Shown here: piece after piece, positions 38,201-51,703 of the stretch
Layout of the letters: each line of letters opens with the position of its first letter
How positions within the stretch are numbered: position 1 is the stretch's first letter
Assembly (NCBI GenBank): GCA_905178155.1
Contig: CAJINV010000008.1
Location: forward strand, 2,467,207 to 2,531,206
DNA: 64,000 nt
Direction: 5' to 3'
Origin: Amoebophrya sp. A120
Taxonomy: Eukaryota > Protista > Dinoflagellata
Notes under the pieces: generated by a model
Told to the model about the DNA's origin: nothing
Databases searched by the model: none
The model's input: the letters and a program-made list of their open reading frames with translations, nothing else
Made by a program: the position numbers and the translations under genes

Positions 38201-41200
38201 TCTTCCTTCTCCTCCGACTCCATGCCCAGAATCTCCGCGCTGTTTCGGTCGACATTCGCAAATTTGAGCGTGTACAGGCCATCAAAGCACTTCCGTAAGT
38301 GCGGCCGCACCGCCTCAATCTTCCGGGCCTGCGCCAATATTTCCAGCAGCTCGTCGTTGGAGAGAAAGAAGAACCGGGGAAAGGAGAGTCTTTTCGACTG
38401 CAGGTAGTCTTCGAGGGATTTCTGGATCGTATCCAGCGTCGTATTCCACTTCCGGAAAAGCTCCAACCGGGCGGCGTTGCTGTGCTGCTGTTGGTGCTGG
38501 TGTTGTTGGCCTCCTCCAGTTGTAGTTGTTCCCATCTGTTCGGCAGACGGTGGCCCACCAACCGGTGCTGTAGGTCCGGTACCGGGAGACGAAGCTGCTG
38601 CTGGCGCAACACCTACAACACCAGCTCCGATACTATGTTCCTTCCCGCCGGGTCCACCAGCACCGCCTGCTCCTCCGTGCTGCAGCAGCTGCAAGCCGCA
38701 GGCGTGGTACGCGAGGTTGTTCCCCTCGGAGCACTCGCGCATGATCATCTTCCAGTGCGTGTCGATTTCCGCGAATTTCGCGTTCTCCGTCGGGAGCTGC
38801 TTCTTTATGTCCACCGCGTGGAAAATCGACTCCAGGTACATCCAATTCTTCTGCAGGAACTGCCACTCCTCCAGGCAGTCGAAGAGAATGTTCAGGTCGG
38901 TCTGCCACCGTTCCACCTCCTCCTTCAGCGTGGGGTACAGGTACCGCGAGGAAAGAATGGTGCTGATCTGCACCAAGCTGTCCTCTAAACTCGGGATCAC
39001 GTCCTCCGCCAAGTCGTTCAGAATGTAGACTTCTTTGCTGTCCTTGTAGGGGAGAAACGGCAGCTCCTTCTGGTACAGCCACAGCTCCTTGATCTTCGCA
39101 AACAACTGCTCCAGTTCCGCCTCCTGCGTCGCACGGTTGCTGATCTCGGAGAGAGGCTCCAGCTGTTCATCCATCCTCTTGTCCAGTGCGTGCTGGAGGC
39201 TGAGGGAGGCCAAAAAAGAACTCGCGGAGTCGTGATAGCTGGAAGAGGCCGTCGTGTTGAAGGCGGCCGTGCTGGAACCGCCAGCCGCGGCTACAGCACT
39301 GTCGTGTTGTTGCAACTCCAGGGTTGAGGGGGCAGCAGCCGCTGCGGCTGCGGCGACAGCTGCTGCTGTGCCTGCGGTAGTTCCAGGAGGGCCGGATCCT
39401 TGCGGTGGTCCCGCGGTACTTGTTCCAACGTCCAATTTGTTTTGGACAAAAATCTGCTGGATTTGCTCCCAGTGGCGCTTTTTCAAATTTGGATTGCGCA
39501 GGGCGAGAACGACGGGGAGCAGGTTTTTCACCTTCTGCACTTCCTGTTTGAAAGCGACGACACAGGGGTTGCTGTCGACAGTCGTCGTCGTCGTCGTCGA
39601 AATTTCGGCGCCACCAGCTCCTTGCGTCGTGGACGAAGAAGTGCCACTTTTCTTGTGCACGAACACAAAGGGCCCGAGATTGCAGTAGTTCCGCATGCTC
39701 GCTACAGCGACCTGGAAAAACCCGCCCACCTGCTGCGTCATGCTCTCGATGTCGATTTTGTCAAAGAAAATCCCCTGCAGCGTCTCGCGCTTCCCGATGG
39801 TTTTTTTCCACTTCTCCACCGCGCGCCAAAAATTCGCCACTTCCAAAATACGCTGCTCCAGCTCGTCTACCTCTTCGAACGGGATTTATGAAATTGACAA
39901 ATGCCTGGACTCTACAGCGTTCTTGGGAGGAAATGTTCGTGATGCAACGTCCCCCTCCTGGAGCAAAGCAAGCATTGCCAGTGTTTGTAGATCGGCATCA
40001 TGTTTGCCTATCTTTCTAGATCTAGAATAGCGAAAGTTTATGCTGCACCACGAAAGTGCTGCGCTTCTGTATCGAGCGATGTCTACCTAGCGCCCTGTTG
40101 ATGAAGCTGCTGCTGCAAATGCTGGCTTAGAATCCGCAGCCAGCTAAATGCATCCACTGGATTTTCGTCATCATCATCTCCTCATGAAATACAAAATCGT
40201 CGCACTGGAGCTGCGGTCGGGGCACTTTTCAACATGATACAGTTGTCTCCACATTCAGCGTCCTTTGGTACCGATTGTACTTCTCCGCATTTTCGATGTG
40301 CTGCCGACACCGCTGCTCGTACTGCTGCAACTTTGCGAGAATGTCGTCCAGCGATTTCGGATCGTGCAGCATGTCAGCGGTTTGTTCTGTTGTAACGGTG
40401 TAAAAGTCCGCAGTAGATTTGTCACCGGACGAGTTGGACACCACGTAGCGCACGTCCGAGAACTCGTTCTGCATGTCCTTGTCCAGTTTCTGAAACTCGT
40501 CCCGGCACTTGTACTGCAGTTGCGGAATGTCCCGGGCAAGTTCCGTGGTGAACCTGGTTACGTTCGCCTCCACGGTCTCAGTCGACTGGGTAATCTGCGA
40601 CCGTAGAGAGTCGCCCACCATCTCCAGCTCCAAAAACAAAGAGCGCGCCCGCACGTCCATCGTAAGGGTGTGCTTTTTTGCGATCTCGAAGAGGTCCAGA
40701 ATGTAGTTGATTTTCCGCTGCACCAAGTCGGAGTTAAGCGACTGCAAAAAGTTGACGAACAGGATGTACTCATCGACGTTCTGGGGAAGTTTTGCCAGGC
40801 GGGCGTGCGCGTGCTTGCACTCCGCGACCAACTCTGTCGCGAGTTGCACGGAATTCGTCGGGAGGAAGTCGGCCAGCAGGTCGTAGCACCGTTTCTGCAT
40901 CGGTTGCAGCAGCTGTTTGAACTGCGCGGTGTGCAGTTGGAAAAAGTTCAAGTTCGAGGTCAGCGGCAGCTTCTTCCGGCAAGTCTCCTGCTGGTGCTCG
41001 TATTTCTGAAGCAGCCGGTTGTAGTCGGCGACGCGGTCCGCTTTCTGGCCGCGGTCGTTGATGGCAGCCGTGTTTGGACTCTTCTTCATCATCCGCGCAG
41101 CTCCCTGCTGGTTGTGATGCGCAGCGAGGACCTGCGGGAGCCGAACAGGAACATACTTCTTCGTCGCGGACAGGAGTTGCTCCGCAGCGGCGGTCGTGTT

Positions 41201-44200
41201 TGATGAACTTTTCGCGTTTATTGTTAAAAACTGCTTTTCACTTGCCCCTCCGAGCGCACCTAGCGCAGACCCCCTGCGCTGTTTGTTCTTGAGGCTTTGC
41301 AGCATCAGCATCTGGTCTTGGTCGTCCCGAATTTTTGCGGCCTCCGAATCTGGGTCGTAGCTTTCCTCCAAGTCCAGTTCGATGCGGACCTGCTCCATCG
41401 CGGCCGCGGACTCCAGAAGTGGCAAATCTAGCATCGCGTTCTCTTTGTACTCGATCACGTAGGGCGTCAACTCCACGTTCAAATACGCCTCCACCCCCAG
41501 ATATGCATCGCAAAACTATCATAACATTGACATAGACATATTTGGCTTTGGCAATTGCATAATTGCTACAAGCTTCATCCCCGAGCAGCAGTATTGTGAA
41601 AAAGGTCGCAAAGAAAGCAACATGCCTGTCATGCATCATTGCAGCCAGTACGGGCACGACACTTTTGCACAGGATACGAGCTCGAACAACTCGGGCAGCT
41701 CCTCATCGAGCAGCTTGTCCAGCAATATTTGGAAGAACGACCCGGATTCCGCGTGCACGATTGTCTGGAAAAACTGGTTCGCTTCCGCCACCTCCTGTTT
41801 ATTTTTCTGCTGGAGTTGTTGTGCGGAGATCTTCGCCAGCACAGTAGAAGCTGCAGGAGTGGCACCCGAAGCTGCAGATTGATGCTCGGTGGCGCCATTC
41901 AGGAGTTGTGGTTGTGCAGAAGTAGGAGCAGCCCCCGAGGCGTTCTTGTTGCCTGCAGATGATATTAAAGTGCCACTATCTAGTACTACGCCTGCTGTTC
42001 TGGAGGCTGCACTAGAAGTAGTTGCACCTTGCTCGATTCCGAACTTCTCCAGAAATGCTTCCAAGTACTGAAACCGCGGAAAGCTCGTGACGAAAGAGAC
42101 CGCGTTGTAAATGCTCTGTTCGATCTGGTCCTGGAACTCGACGAGGCTGGGAGTAAGCTCCAGCTCCAAATCGTGTTGGTCGGCCGGTGTCGAAGAATTT
42201 GTATTTGACAGAAAAACGCAATCGATCTTAAACAGTGGGCGATTGTTCTTCGGCCCACCTCGCAGAAACAATTTTTCTGCACCAGAATTGTCAGCTCCAA
42301 ACTTCCCGGCTCCAATACTCGTCGCTGGAGAGTGCAACAGCATCGGACCTCCAGCACCGCCCGCGACGCCAGCGCCCCCCAGCAAGTTCCCGAACCCACT
42401 TTTGTTTAACGCCGTGAAACCCTGTGCTGCGGTCTTCCGGGGGCTGTGCATCGGAGAACGAACCCCTCCTGCGGCGGTTTTGCGCTTGTTTTGCTGCTGA
42501 TGCGAAGCAGCACTCGCCATCTGCTCCTCATGCAGCTGCTGCTGCTCCTCTGCCTGCCGCTTGATCTCCAGTTCGTACTGCTGCTGAATCTCCCGGTCCT
42601 TTCTTTCCAGCGATTCCAAGTCGTGGGGTAAGTCCGCGATGATCGCCTTAGGACACCAGTAGGCAAAAACGCCTCCGGGCGAACCTGGAGTCATCGGAAT
42701 CCCAACCTGTAGATTCCTACCGTACTTGCGCAAAATGTTGAACAAGTGCTTCACCGTGTTTGTGCAGATGTTCAAAACCGTTCCGTCATACACGAGCTGG
42801 ACCAACCGGATGAAGCGAAATATTCGCCGGCACTGCGTGCGGCGAGTCGCGCGCTCCGTGTACGACTGGTTCTGGCTCGCCTCCTCCCGCATTTGCTGCA
42901 AAGCCTGCGGCGAAAAATCCGGCTCGACCACAGCGAGCGAGGAGGAATTCATATTCTTGCCTTGTTGTTGATACTTGTTACCAATATTGTTGTTCGTGTT
43001 CCTCTGCGGATGAGCGACATCTTCCTCTTCTTGAAGATCCTCGTTGTTCTCTTTCACATTGTTCGACGTCCCCGCTGGTACTATCGAGCCACTCGCAAAT
43101 CCGTTCTGCTCCAGAAAGCGCTGCAGGGAAAATTCACAACAGCCTTCCATCTCGTCCTTTAAGAACACCCAGAGCTGCTCGAGCTCCTCCCGCACCGTGG
43201 TTCGGAGAAACTCCTCTTGCTTCCGCTTCCACTCCTCCAAACTCCAAATGCCCGCCTTCTCGTCATCCGCCGAAAGGTACGCGCTCTGTTTGTAATTACT
43301 CCGCTATCGGGTGGAAAAACGTACGCAAGTACTTACCCATATACCATCATGAGCGTATCAGCATCTTGCGGATTTGCATTTATTGCATATGACATTATCT
43401 TAGAGCGCCCTCATACGCTTTCGCAAGAGAAGTCAAAATGGCTTTGTGATTGTGATACAGCTGCGCTCCTTGACGTGGTCACGTGTGACTCTCAAATAAA
43501 TATCTAGGATTTTAGGGTGTAAGTAGTTACAGCGTTTGCCTCACAATATCCGTTGCGACTTTGTCTTGGTCGCGAAACTGGCCGGGAAAAACGCAGCCGC
43601 CTGCGTCGCTCGACCTGCAGCTCCTCCTGGAGAGGAAGGAACAAAACCTCCAGCTCCTCCGGTTCCCCCGAAGGCCACAGCGCTAGTATTGACAGCGCCG
43701 GCAGGAGCCGCAGTGGCCCGTCCAGCATTATTCAACATTCCGCCAAGAAACGATCCGGCGGCCGTGTTGGTCTTGAAAAGCGAGGAGGACATTGTGGTGC
43801 CACCAGCTCCGCTCCCACTTTGGTGTGTTGTGGTCAGCATCTGCGGATACAAGAAGTTCGGGTTCCCGGTCTCCGGAAACGCCAGCAGGCACAGACTTTC
43901 CTCCACCATGCTGCAGGCCGCTCGGATGCGCAGCAACGCCGGCTGGAAGCAGTCCGCGTCGAGAGAGAACAGAGCGCTTTTTACCCGCCGCTGGTTGCGC
44001 TCAAACTGCTCCCTTTTCGAGATCTTCTTCCACAACCGGAACTGGCGCCACTTCTTGAATTTCTGCACGAACGGGATCTTCTGCAGCTGCGCGTACTGAA
44101 ACTGCTCCCGTTTCCACTCCTCGATGGTCAGAAACTCCTTCTCTGTCGTCATCACGTTCGACGTGGCTGAAGAGGACGACGCGGCGGATGATGAAATTGC

Positions 44201-45637
44201 TGGTCCGCCGCGGCCGGCGCTTCTCGGCGTGCGAGACGTGGCCGACGCGCTCGCCGCGGCACGACCAGTTCCAGAGGAGGTCGTGCCCCGGTCCATGTCC
44301 CCGAGGTTGTTTTCTTCACCAACATCCCCCAGCACGTGATCCGCTTCCACCATCTCCACCTTCCGCGTGTGCACGACCCCGCGCAGGCTCAACGTGAGGA
44401 AATCACAGGGGTTGATCTCGGAGTAGGGCACAACCTCGTACCGGTACGGCTCGTCCGGGAGCCGGTTCAAGTAACAGAACTCGTCCTTCAGGTCCTCGTG
44501 GCGCTCTAGAAAGGCCACGAAGTGCAGCGGGTCCACGTCGAATACTCGTTTTGGAGGGGCGGAGGGGGCTGCAGAGGAAGCTCCGGAAGCTTGGCCTTCA
44601 GTTCCTCCACGGCCGGATCTAGTGTTGTGCCTACCACTACGCGCTCGTCGCGGGGATCCATTTGCATGATCTGCACTCGTGGAGGCCACGTGCTCCTGCA
44701 GCGGACTAGATGCTGCATAGCTTTTCGCTTTCGTTTTATTTCCCCCCACAGGACTCCTCGCATCTTCCTCTTCGCGTGCCAACGATGAAAGCAGCGTTGG
44801 GTTATTTTTCATCTTCCTTCTCGCGAAGGCAGTGCTGTCGCCAGGTCTAGTACTCGGCGACAGAGGAGACGACGGCTCCTGGAACTGCAGCCCACGCGGC
44901 CCCTTGTCCACCGAAGGGCTCGTCGCGTCATGACGGTGCTGGTGGCTCCTACTCTCCCCACCTCCACCTGCAGATGGTCCTGCCACTGGAGGCGGATGGT
45001 AATTGTCCCCGGCGAAGTGCAAATAATGCGCATTCTTGACGCTCGCCGCACTCACGGGTCGTTTTTGCGGCGAAATAATCCGCCTCGTCGCCAAGGAGGC
45101 CGTGCCCGGTCGCGAAATATACCCCGAGGTAGACGGTCGGGAATTGCTGCCGCCTGCTGCAGCAGGCTGGTGCGCGCCAAGACCTCCAGGTATGAAAGTA
45201 GTGCTGCCAATGCCTTGTTCTTGAGGCTGATCATTTGTAACATCGGTCCTTGCATAATTCGCTTGATTGGTTGTCGTGTTCCCTCCGGTGTTCCTTTCCT
45301 GCGCGCTTGGTGGAGATGCAGCACCAGCGACAGAAGAGACAAACGGCGCTACGTTCGTGTGAGGGCGCAAAAAGGCTGTCCCGTTCGCAGCCCGTGTTCC
45401 CGGAGGCGGTCTTGGTGTGCGGCGGGGTGTAAGCTTCGCACCGGCGTCTTCGCCTCGACCAGTTCTCGGCGTTGCAACCAAGGGTGGCTGGTCACCTTGC
45501 CGGTACAAGCGGCTTTGCAACCCCTTAGCCTCAATATCCTCAAACGAGAGCGCGGGAAGCTGAAATTTTGTTTTATCTCCAGGGGTCGCCATTTTGATTT
45601 TTTCGATGGCATTTCTATAGAAAGGGCAAAGATCCAC
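23209..45637 (-). CDS. Axonemal dynein heavy chain, inner-arm DNAH6-like, about 6,900 aa, at least 6 introns; 5' end uncertain
   Basis: Linker FPRFFFLSNDELLEIL; P-loops GPAGTGKT, GQTLSGKT, GEAGVGKS and GVGGSGRS; coiled-coil stalk with MTBD; ILLQNCHL; C-terminal exon YTCPLYKT...YWVLKGTAML with stop at 23209-23211. The N-terminal block EFLTIEEWKRE...IPFVQKFKKWRQFRLWKK resembles DNAH6-type tails. Introns lie at about 43304-43549, 41501-41644, 39886-40240, 31906-32172, 26694-26860 and 23368-23815. Confidence 0.96.
31906..32167. mobile_element. 262-bp TIR introner, copy 1 (in dynein)
   Basis: TSD TTGCT at 31901-31905 and 32168-32172, with about 32-bp TIR TATCAAATGTAAAAGTGTCTGGGTCTGGAAGA. Removal gives the conserved YNDSNTPMQLVFFGDAISH. 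Confidence 0.95.
39887..40239. mobile_element. Degenerate 353-bp TAT..ATA intron (dynein)
   Basis: Ends TATGAAATTGACAA and TATCATGTTGAAAA match at 10 of 14. GT..AA removal of 39886-40240 gives ETT|IPFEEVDEL in frame. The TSD is eroded. Confidence 0.6.
43305..43548. mobile_element. Degenerate 244-bp TAT..ATA intron (dynein)
   Basis: Flanks TCCGC/TCCGT match at 4 of 5. Removal gives KSQR|SNYKQSAYL in frame. Confidence 0.7.
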
Positions 45638-46486
45638 ACAGCAGCAGCATATCGACCTGCTTCTGTCTGTGGTCTTCTCCGGCAGAAGCTTACAACTTCA
45701 TCGCCAACCGCAAAGCAATACGAGACTCTTCGGTTTCTTTCGCTGCACTCTCTTGCGCGTGAAGGTGAACGCGAGCCAGGCTGCTCTGCAAAGCAATTAT
45801 ATCTCTCGAGGGCAGGAGAAGGCACGACTTAGACTTACAACAGGCTGCAAGCGCAAACACCCTTCCCGCCAACGAAGCAAGGCCGCGGCTTCCACGGCCA
45901 TCGGCAACTCCAGTCCCTTCGCTGCTGGCTTTTCCGCCGGACGAACAAAACCCAAAGTCGGTGACCAGAATTTCGTTTGCTCCCTGCCGTATCTTTGATC
46001 GAAAGCTTGGGTTGGCGGAGACGGCTGCCGCGTATGGCTCTTTTCGTTTCTACATGCCAAAACAGCTGCGGTAGCTGGTGACACTTCACAAATTAATTGA
46101 GATTCATTCTGTCACCGCACAGAACGGTCACATGCCACGGTAATGCCGTTCTGAAAAAAGCGTGTAGACCACATCATACAGAAATGAAACCTTATCTTTG
46201 GGAACGACTCCTGTGTCTTCCTGTGAAACTCCGGCTCCGCATTTTTTTGTTGCCGCGCATCATTTTATCAACAAGTTTCGCTTCGCGGTAGGGAGAAGCA
46301 CTTTTGAATTTAGGGATAGATGATTCAACACGTGACTGGTTTTCACAACCGTCTTCTATCGATAAACCACTGTAACTGGATGTAAAATTGAAATCATGTA
46401 GCTTGCGTCTAATCGTCGTTCTTGGCTTGCTCGACATACGATACTTCCAGTTGCGATAAAAAAATCATAAAACTGATCCACTTCGC

Positions 46487-49400
46487 CTAATTCCCCGGCG
46501 CCCCTGTCGTCCCGGCAGCAGTAAATGCGAAGCGAAACTGTGGCCGTGCGGGCGCAGCGGAGAATGCCATGGGAGATTGACGTCCGATCGTGGGAGAAAG
46601 TGCACCGGGCCGGGCAAAATTCCCGATGCCAAATTTCACTGGGGAGGCGAAACCAATCTGTGTTGTATGATAGAGGTTGGGTTTGAGATTACATTTACAA
46701 CGAATGGCTGGACAGCTTTATGTATCTGTATGCTCGCCTTGTTATGCACTCACACTCACACTCACGCAGCAAGCAGAAATAGGAAGAGCAGGTCGGAGAT
46801 CCTACCCTCATCTATTTTTCCAACCCGTTAGATTTATTCCCACACTATGTATACATTTACCATACTTCATGCAACAGAACCAGCAGCGTTCCTTTCTGTA
46901 CCGAGGGCTGAAACTGCGTCCCGACCCGTATCGAGGGCTGCGTGTAGGTTGCATTCCCCTGCTGCTGCTGCGTAGGATTCGCCGCGGACCCACCCGGGCC
47001 GTAATTTGGATTTCGCCCTTGCGTGGAAATTCCTGGAAAATAGAACCCCACAGAGGACTGCTGCTGTTGCTGCGGCGGGTTCCCTGCAGTCATCCCCGAA
47101 ACGCGCGGTGGCTGCTGGGCCGGTGGTCCTCGTGACCCCTGTTGCGAAGAGGATGACTCTGCTCGCTTCACTTCAAACGTGATAGTATTGGTTCCCGGTG
47201 TAGTATCCGGTTGTTGCACTGCTTTCTTGCTCCCGTCCAAACCCGCAGTACTGTCTTCAATGACTGCACCTGCGGGGTGGAACCGTGGAAATAAAAGGTG
47301 AGCAGATCGATATTTTCTTTTTCACCGACTGCAGAAATGACATTGGATGCGAAAACCAACGCACAGCTAAAGCTGTGGCAGCAGCAAAAGCATTGCCACT
47401 AAACTACTACAAACAATACGACACGATCACGTCCTGCTCGTACCTGGCACATCACTGTCACTACTGCATCTGCAAAATAATCATCTTCATCGAGAGAGTC
47501 AGTTATTTTCCAATCCTTCTGCTTCTAAAGAGAGCGTAAAACTTGCACCCTCTCGTCAAGAAATAGCAGTAGCTTTAACTTCATACTGGAAAGCATCGCG
47601 CCACTGGTCCGCGGTTTCGTCGCGCCGTAGCCCGGAATAGTTCTGTCTAGCCCCGGACTCCGCATCCGTGGGTTACTGTCGCTCAGCATTGTTCGCTCCA
47701 TGTTGTTATCCCGCACCGCTGGTGGAGGCACCGCAGGTCGGGAGGGCTTGCTGTGATATTCACAGAACAGGTAAACATACACTTTCCGGATCCCTCCTAC
47801 GTACGCATCTCCATCGCGGAAACCGATTTACAATATCGAAAGACCACAGTTGTGCCTTTCCACCCCTTCTGTACTGTCATACATGAACGTGAAGGACAAA
47901 TTCAAAGATGAAATTCTACCTGGTATAACATCACATATCAAGAAGTCTCTGTCGGTTGTTGTACCTGGCAAAATTTCCGGGAGACTGTGGCAAGTAGGAC
48001 GCCTCGAATGCGTTCGGATTCAAAGTCATGCCCTTCGCTTTGCTGCTGGCACGTGATCCCCCCGTCGAATCCTCCATGCTGGCCCTGACAAAATTCATGT
48101 TTCGAAAACATCACTCGAAGCGCTCTTCTGTCGTCGTGCAAGAAACTGCTCGGCTTGGTATCTATATGCTCGAGTGGTACCCTCGCTGTTGCAGCTCAAC
48201 CTACTGCTTGCGCTGCTGCTGCTGAATAGTACTACTACTATACATACTCGGGTGGCTCGCAAACATGCAGCACCTTCACTGAGCATCGCTGTGCTCCTGT
48301 TGCGTCAGGACAACATTGACTTATGGATGAAAACAAAACGAGGAACAAGCCCTTCTTCGAAGTATCATACTTCTTCGACTGCAAGCCGCTTGCCGTTCCT
48401 GTAGACGGCGGCACTGTAGTACCCGTGATCAAGTCAACAGGAGCTCCTGCTCCAGGTGCAGCTGCTCCCGAGGTGGTGCTGTACGCCCCACCGTAGCCAA
48501 CCGCGCTGCTCCCCGCGGTGGACATTGCTGCACCGTAGCCGTACCCACTCGTTGAAGCACTTCCGATGCTAGCATGATACCCCGTCGGCACGTTCTTCAA
48601 AAAGTCGACCTTGCCCGATCGGAAACGGAGGTTCTGGTGCGAGTTCAGGATGCCGAACGCTTTCCAACTTGCGTTATACAGTCCGTGCTTGTCCCGCACG
48701 TTCTTCCAGGTGTAGATCGCGGTCGCGACCACCGAAATCAGAGCGTATGGGGCGGACAGAGAAAAGACACGCAGCGTGACAAGTGTGGTTCTACTGTAGT
48801 GATTGGTCGTGCTGCAGTCCAGCACCCCGCATCAACAACAAGACCTCAACCGGACCGCGGGAGGTTCTTGTCATCCTAGTAGTACCCACATGAGCGATTG
48901 AATTCATCTGCATGAAGATGGACATGCAGTAAAGTAGATTTATTGCCACAGCCAGGACGGTGTAGCATTTTTCCGCTGCTCCTCCTGCTTAGTCTTTAGA
49001 AAAAGGAATAGTCAAACGAAGAAGCACGTAATCAAAAAGCGCCAGGTGTTGCCGTTCTGCGCAGTATTTCTCTCTTCGTACGTCCTCCAATTTTTCCAGC
49101 TTGTCAGTCATCACGTTCACGTCGCTGCACCTGCAATGATTGTGTTTCGTGAATAAATATGCATCGCAAAGAACATGTCTGGGTCTGGATGACTGCAGGA
49201 CCTGTACATGCTAGGCCGAGGTGGCTGTGGAGAGCGTAACGCATGTTGGGAAAGTAGAGCGTCGCTTCTTTCTAATGTGCAAATGCTAGTAATTTCTAAC
49301 ACAGAATTTACGTAACGCGCAGCTCCCCAGAAACTTCAACTTGTTATTCTCGGCTATCTGCTCCTGCAGGAAAATCTACCACAAGTAGATCGGGCCGTAC

Positions 49401-51703
49401 TAATGTCAGCCCTGCCAGTATGCTAATGTGGTGAATGAGGTGTAGTGCGTATGTATCTTCTATACATGACTCCCATCGCTTCCGCGACCTGCATGATGAT
49501 ACTGGACGGTAGCTTTGCAGCAAGCTTCCCGGACTGTGTGTTTACTACCAGCAACTGCGGGATCCCTGCACAGCTCATGCCGAATTTCTGTGCGGCGAGT
49601 GTCTGGAAATCGTAGACCCGTTGAAAGTATGCATTGCAAAACCATCGCTCTCGGAGCACAAATTATGGCGGAACGACATGACAAGAAACCCCACTTCATT
49701 CACTTTCCATTCCTTCCATTCAGAAAAATTCGATTCTTCACTCATTCAACATGCTGAGAAAAATCGTTCGGCGCTTTGTACTTATGTGCAAGTGCGATAC
49801 CTACTTTGGTTGCAATGCATAGAAAGCTGTCAACGGAGGACCCATCCGCTACGTACAGGATGGCGTCGCAGTTTTCCTGATTCAGGATTTTGTTTAACTG
49901 AACCTTGTCCGGCGCCAGTTGCGTTTCCTGTCCCGACCCCTCAAAAAACTCGAGATGGACCTGCTTGTCCTTGTGCTCCAGCACCAGATTCACAAAAGTC
50001 TTCGAATGTTTCACAACCTCGCGCGTCGCGGAATAGGAACTGGACCGGGACCCAGCTGAGGGGGGAGAAACATGGCATCAAGATGTGTCGTGCTGGGGCT
50101 ACTCACTACTTTTGGTGCATCATTGAAGAATAAACTTGACCCGGTGCATCTGCAGCTACAAAATTCAAGTAATTTCCATCCTTAACCTCCTTAGTAATCT
50201 TCATCATAAACGAAAGTTGTACACACAGATACAACACAGCAAAGCGAAGAAGACGAAAGCATCGTGGGTACTTACCCGAGGAGCCGCACAGCTTCTGCAA
50301 GAAAGCACTTTTCCCCGCTTCTGCTGGCCCGAGCACTCCAATGCGGTACGTTGGCGGCCCTTGCTGTTTCGACGCCGGCGGAATGATCATGCTGCTCTGC
50401 GCTGGGCGCGCCGCCCCGTAAAACGACGAAGAGGTTGACGCCGAGAGATTTTGCGCGGTCAGGCCCGGCTGCTTCATACCCTGCCCCCCACCCGCCGTGC
50501 TGCTTGCCAGTTGCGATGCTGCGGCAGTCGCCGCTCCTACCGCCGCAGAACTTGATGTGACGCCGCCCGAGATAGTACCGCTGTTCTCAACATTTTGTCC
50601 TGCTACAGAAGATACAAGGCCGGCCGTCTGCTGCTGGTTGAGGCTGAGGGCCATGCGGGTGATTTTGTCCAGCAAGACGTCCACACCCGCGCCGGTCTTT
50701 GCGGACACGCGGAACTGCGGCACGTTGTGCTTTTTCGCGTACTGCTCCGCGATTTCCTCGGTGACCTCCTCGTGGTGCGTGACATCGGACCGCGTGCCCA
50801 CGATCACGAACTGGCAGTTCGGACACTCCTCCGGCGTGCTCAGCATCTGCTGGTGCCAGTGTTTTACCCCTTCGAAGCTGTCCGCCAAAGTCATGTCGTA
50901 CACCAAGAGCGCGATGTGCGCATTCTTGAAAAACCCCTTCAGTACCAGTGCGGCGTCCGGGCCGCCGAACCCACAGTCGTACAGACACAGCCGCACGCTC
51001 TGGTTCGTGGCGGGTAGCACCTGGTCCAACCAGATGAACTCCGAGGCCGGGGTTGCCTCGTATTTTACCGGGAACGGCCGCTTCGTCAGCGCGCACGACA
51101 CCGCCGTTTTGCCGACCTGCGGGTCCCCGACCAGAATCACCTTGCGGGGCTGGTGCTGCTGCAGACCCGGCCCGGGCGCGAGCAACCGGTGGCCGGAAGA
51201 CGAGGCCGCCTATCCGAGTGCGCAACGGGCTCCCCTCCACCTCATTTATTGTGCAAAGTACTTTCTGTAAGTAGTTACGAACCCAGTTGTTGCACTTGCC
51301 TTTTAGTACTGTTCGCATGACAAGCACAAGTTGCACAACTCCGAACGATGTTTTACGGTTCGTGTGCAGGTTTGTCATGCGGGTATTAAAGCTGCAATGT
51401 TGTCGCTGCTTCCGCTGCTGCTCATGCCCGTCTTTATCAAAGGGGCGGGAGAGAAAAATTTGTGCACTCTCATACCGCTGTGGTGGTTGAGATCACCGTG
51501 GGTGCGGCCGTCGGAGGCGGGTGGGTCTGGTGCTGTGGCACTGCATTGCTAGTGGACGTATACGGCGCCGACGAAGCTGCACCAGAGTGTTGGTAGCTCG
51601 CCACGATGGGTGCCTGTGCGCTGTAGTCCTGCTGCGCACTTGTCGTGGTTGCTGGCGCCACATTCGTCGTCTGCGTCGGGCTGCCGAACCACGCGGAAAA
51701 CAT
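46487..51703 (-). CDS. Multi-exon protein with two tandem Ras/Rab-like GTPase domains and low-complexity termini
   Basis: Domain 1 has GDPQVGKT, YDCG, LLVYD, VGTRSD and VSAKTG. Domain 2 has GPAEAGKS, LEFFEGSG, AILYVAD and PQLLVVN. In-frame junctions were found at 51210-51475, 50056-50275 (GT-AG), 49628-49826 and several further GT-starting introns. The 3' exons are less certain. Confidence 0.75.
49628..49821. mobile_element. 194-bp TIR introner
   Basis: Perfect 12-bp TIR TATGCATTGCAA and perfect TSD GAAAG (49623-49627, 49822-49826). Removal gives VDSF|QRVYDF. Confidence 0.9.
51211..51474. mobile_element. 264-bp TIR introner with canonical GT-AG-compatible ends
   Basis: TIR matches at 12 of 15 (TATCCGAGTGCGCAA/TATGAGAGTGCACAA), with flanks CCGCC/CCGCT. 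On the sense strand it reads GTAT...ATAG and is in frame. Confidence 0.8.

Noticed and set aside
43432-43445. Dinoflagellate spliced-leader relic (CAAAATGGCT)
   Set aside because: It is only a 10-nt match inside an intron, which is compatible with chance.
23209-45637. Dynein pseudogene or stop-codon reassignment explaining ORF breaks
   Set aside because: The breaks coincide with discrete inserts of shifted composition whose removal restores the frame, and multi-kb exons are stop-free in the standard code.
23925-45832. Numerous plus-strand ORFs up to 330 aa over the dynein gene
   Set aside because: They are antisense shadows of GC3-rich coding sequence with no independent motifs.
49470-51150. 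Miro (mitochondrial Rho) call
   Set aside because: No EF-hand region between the GTPase domains and no C-terminal transmembrane anchor were seen.
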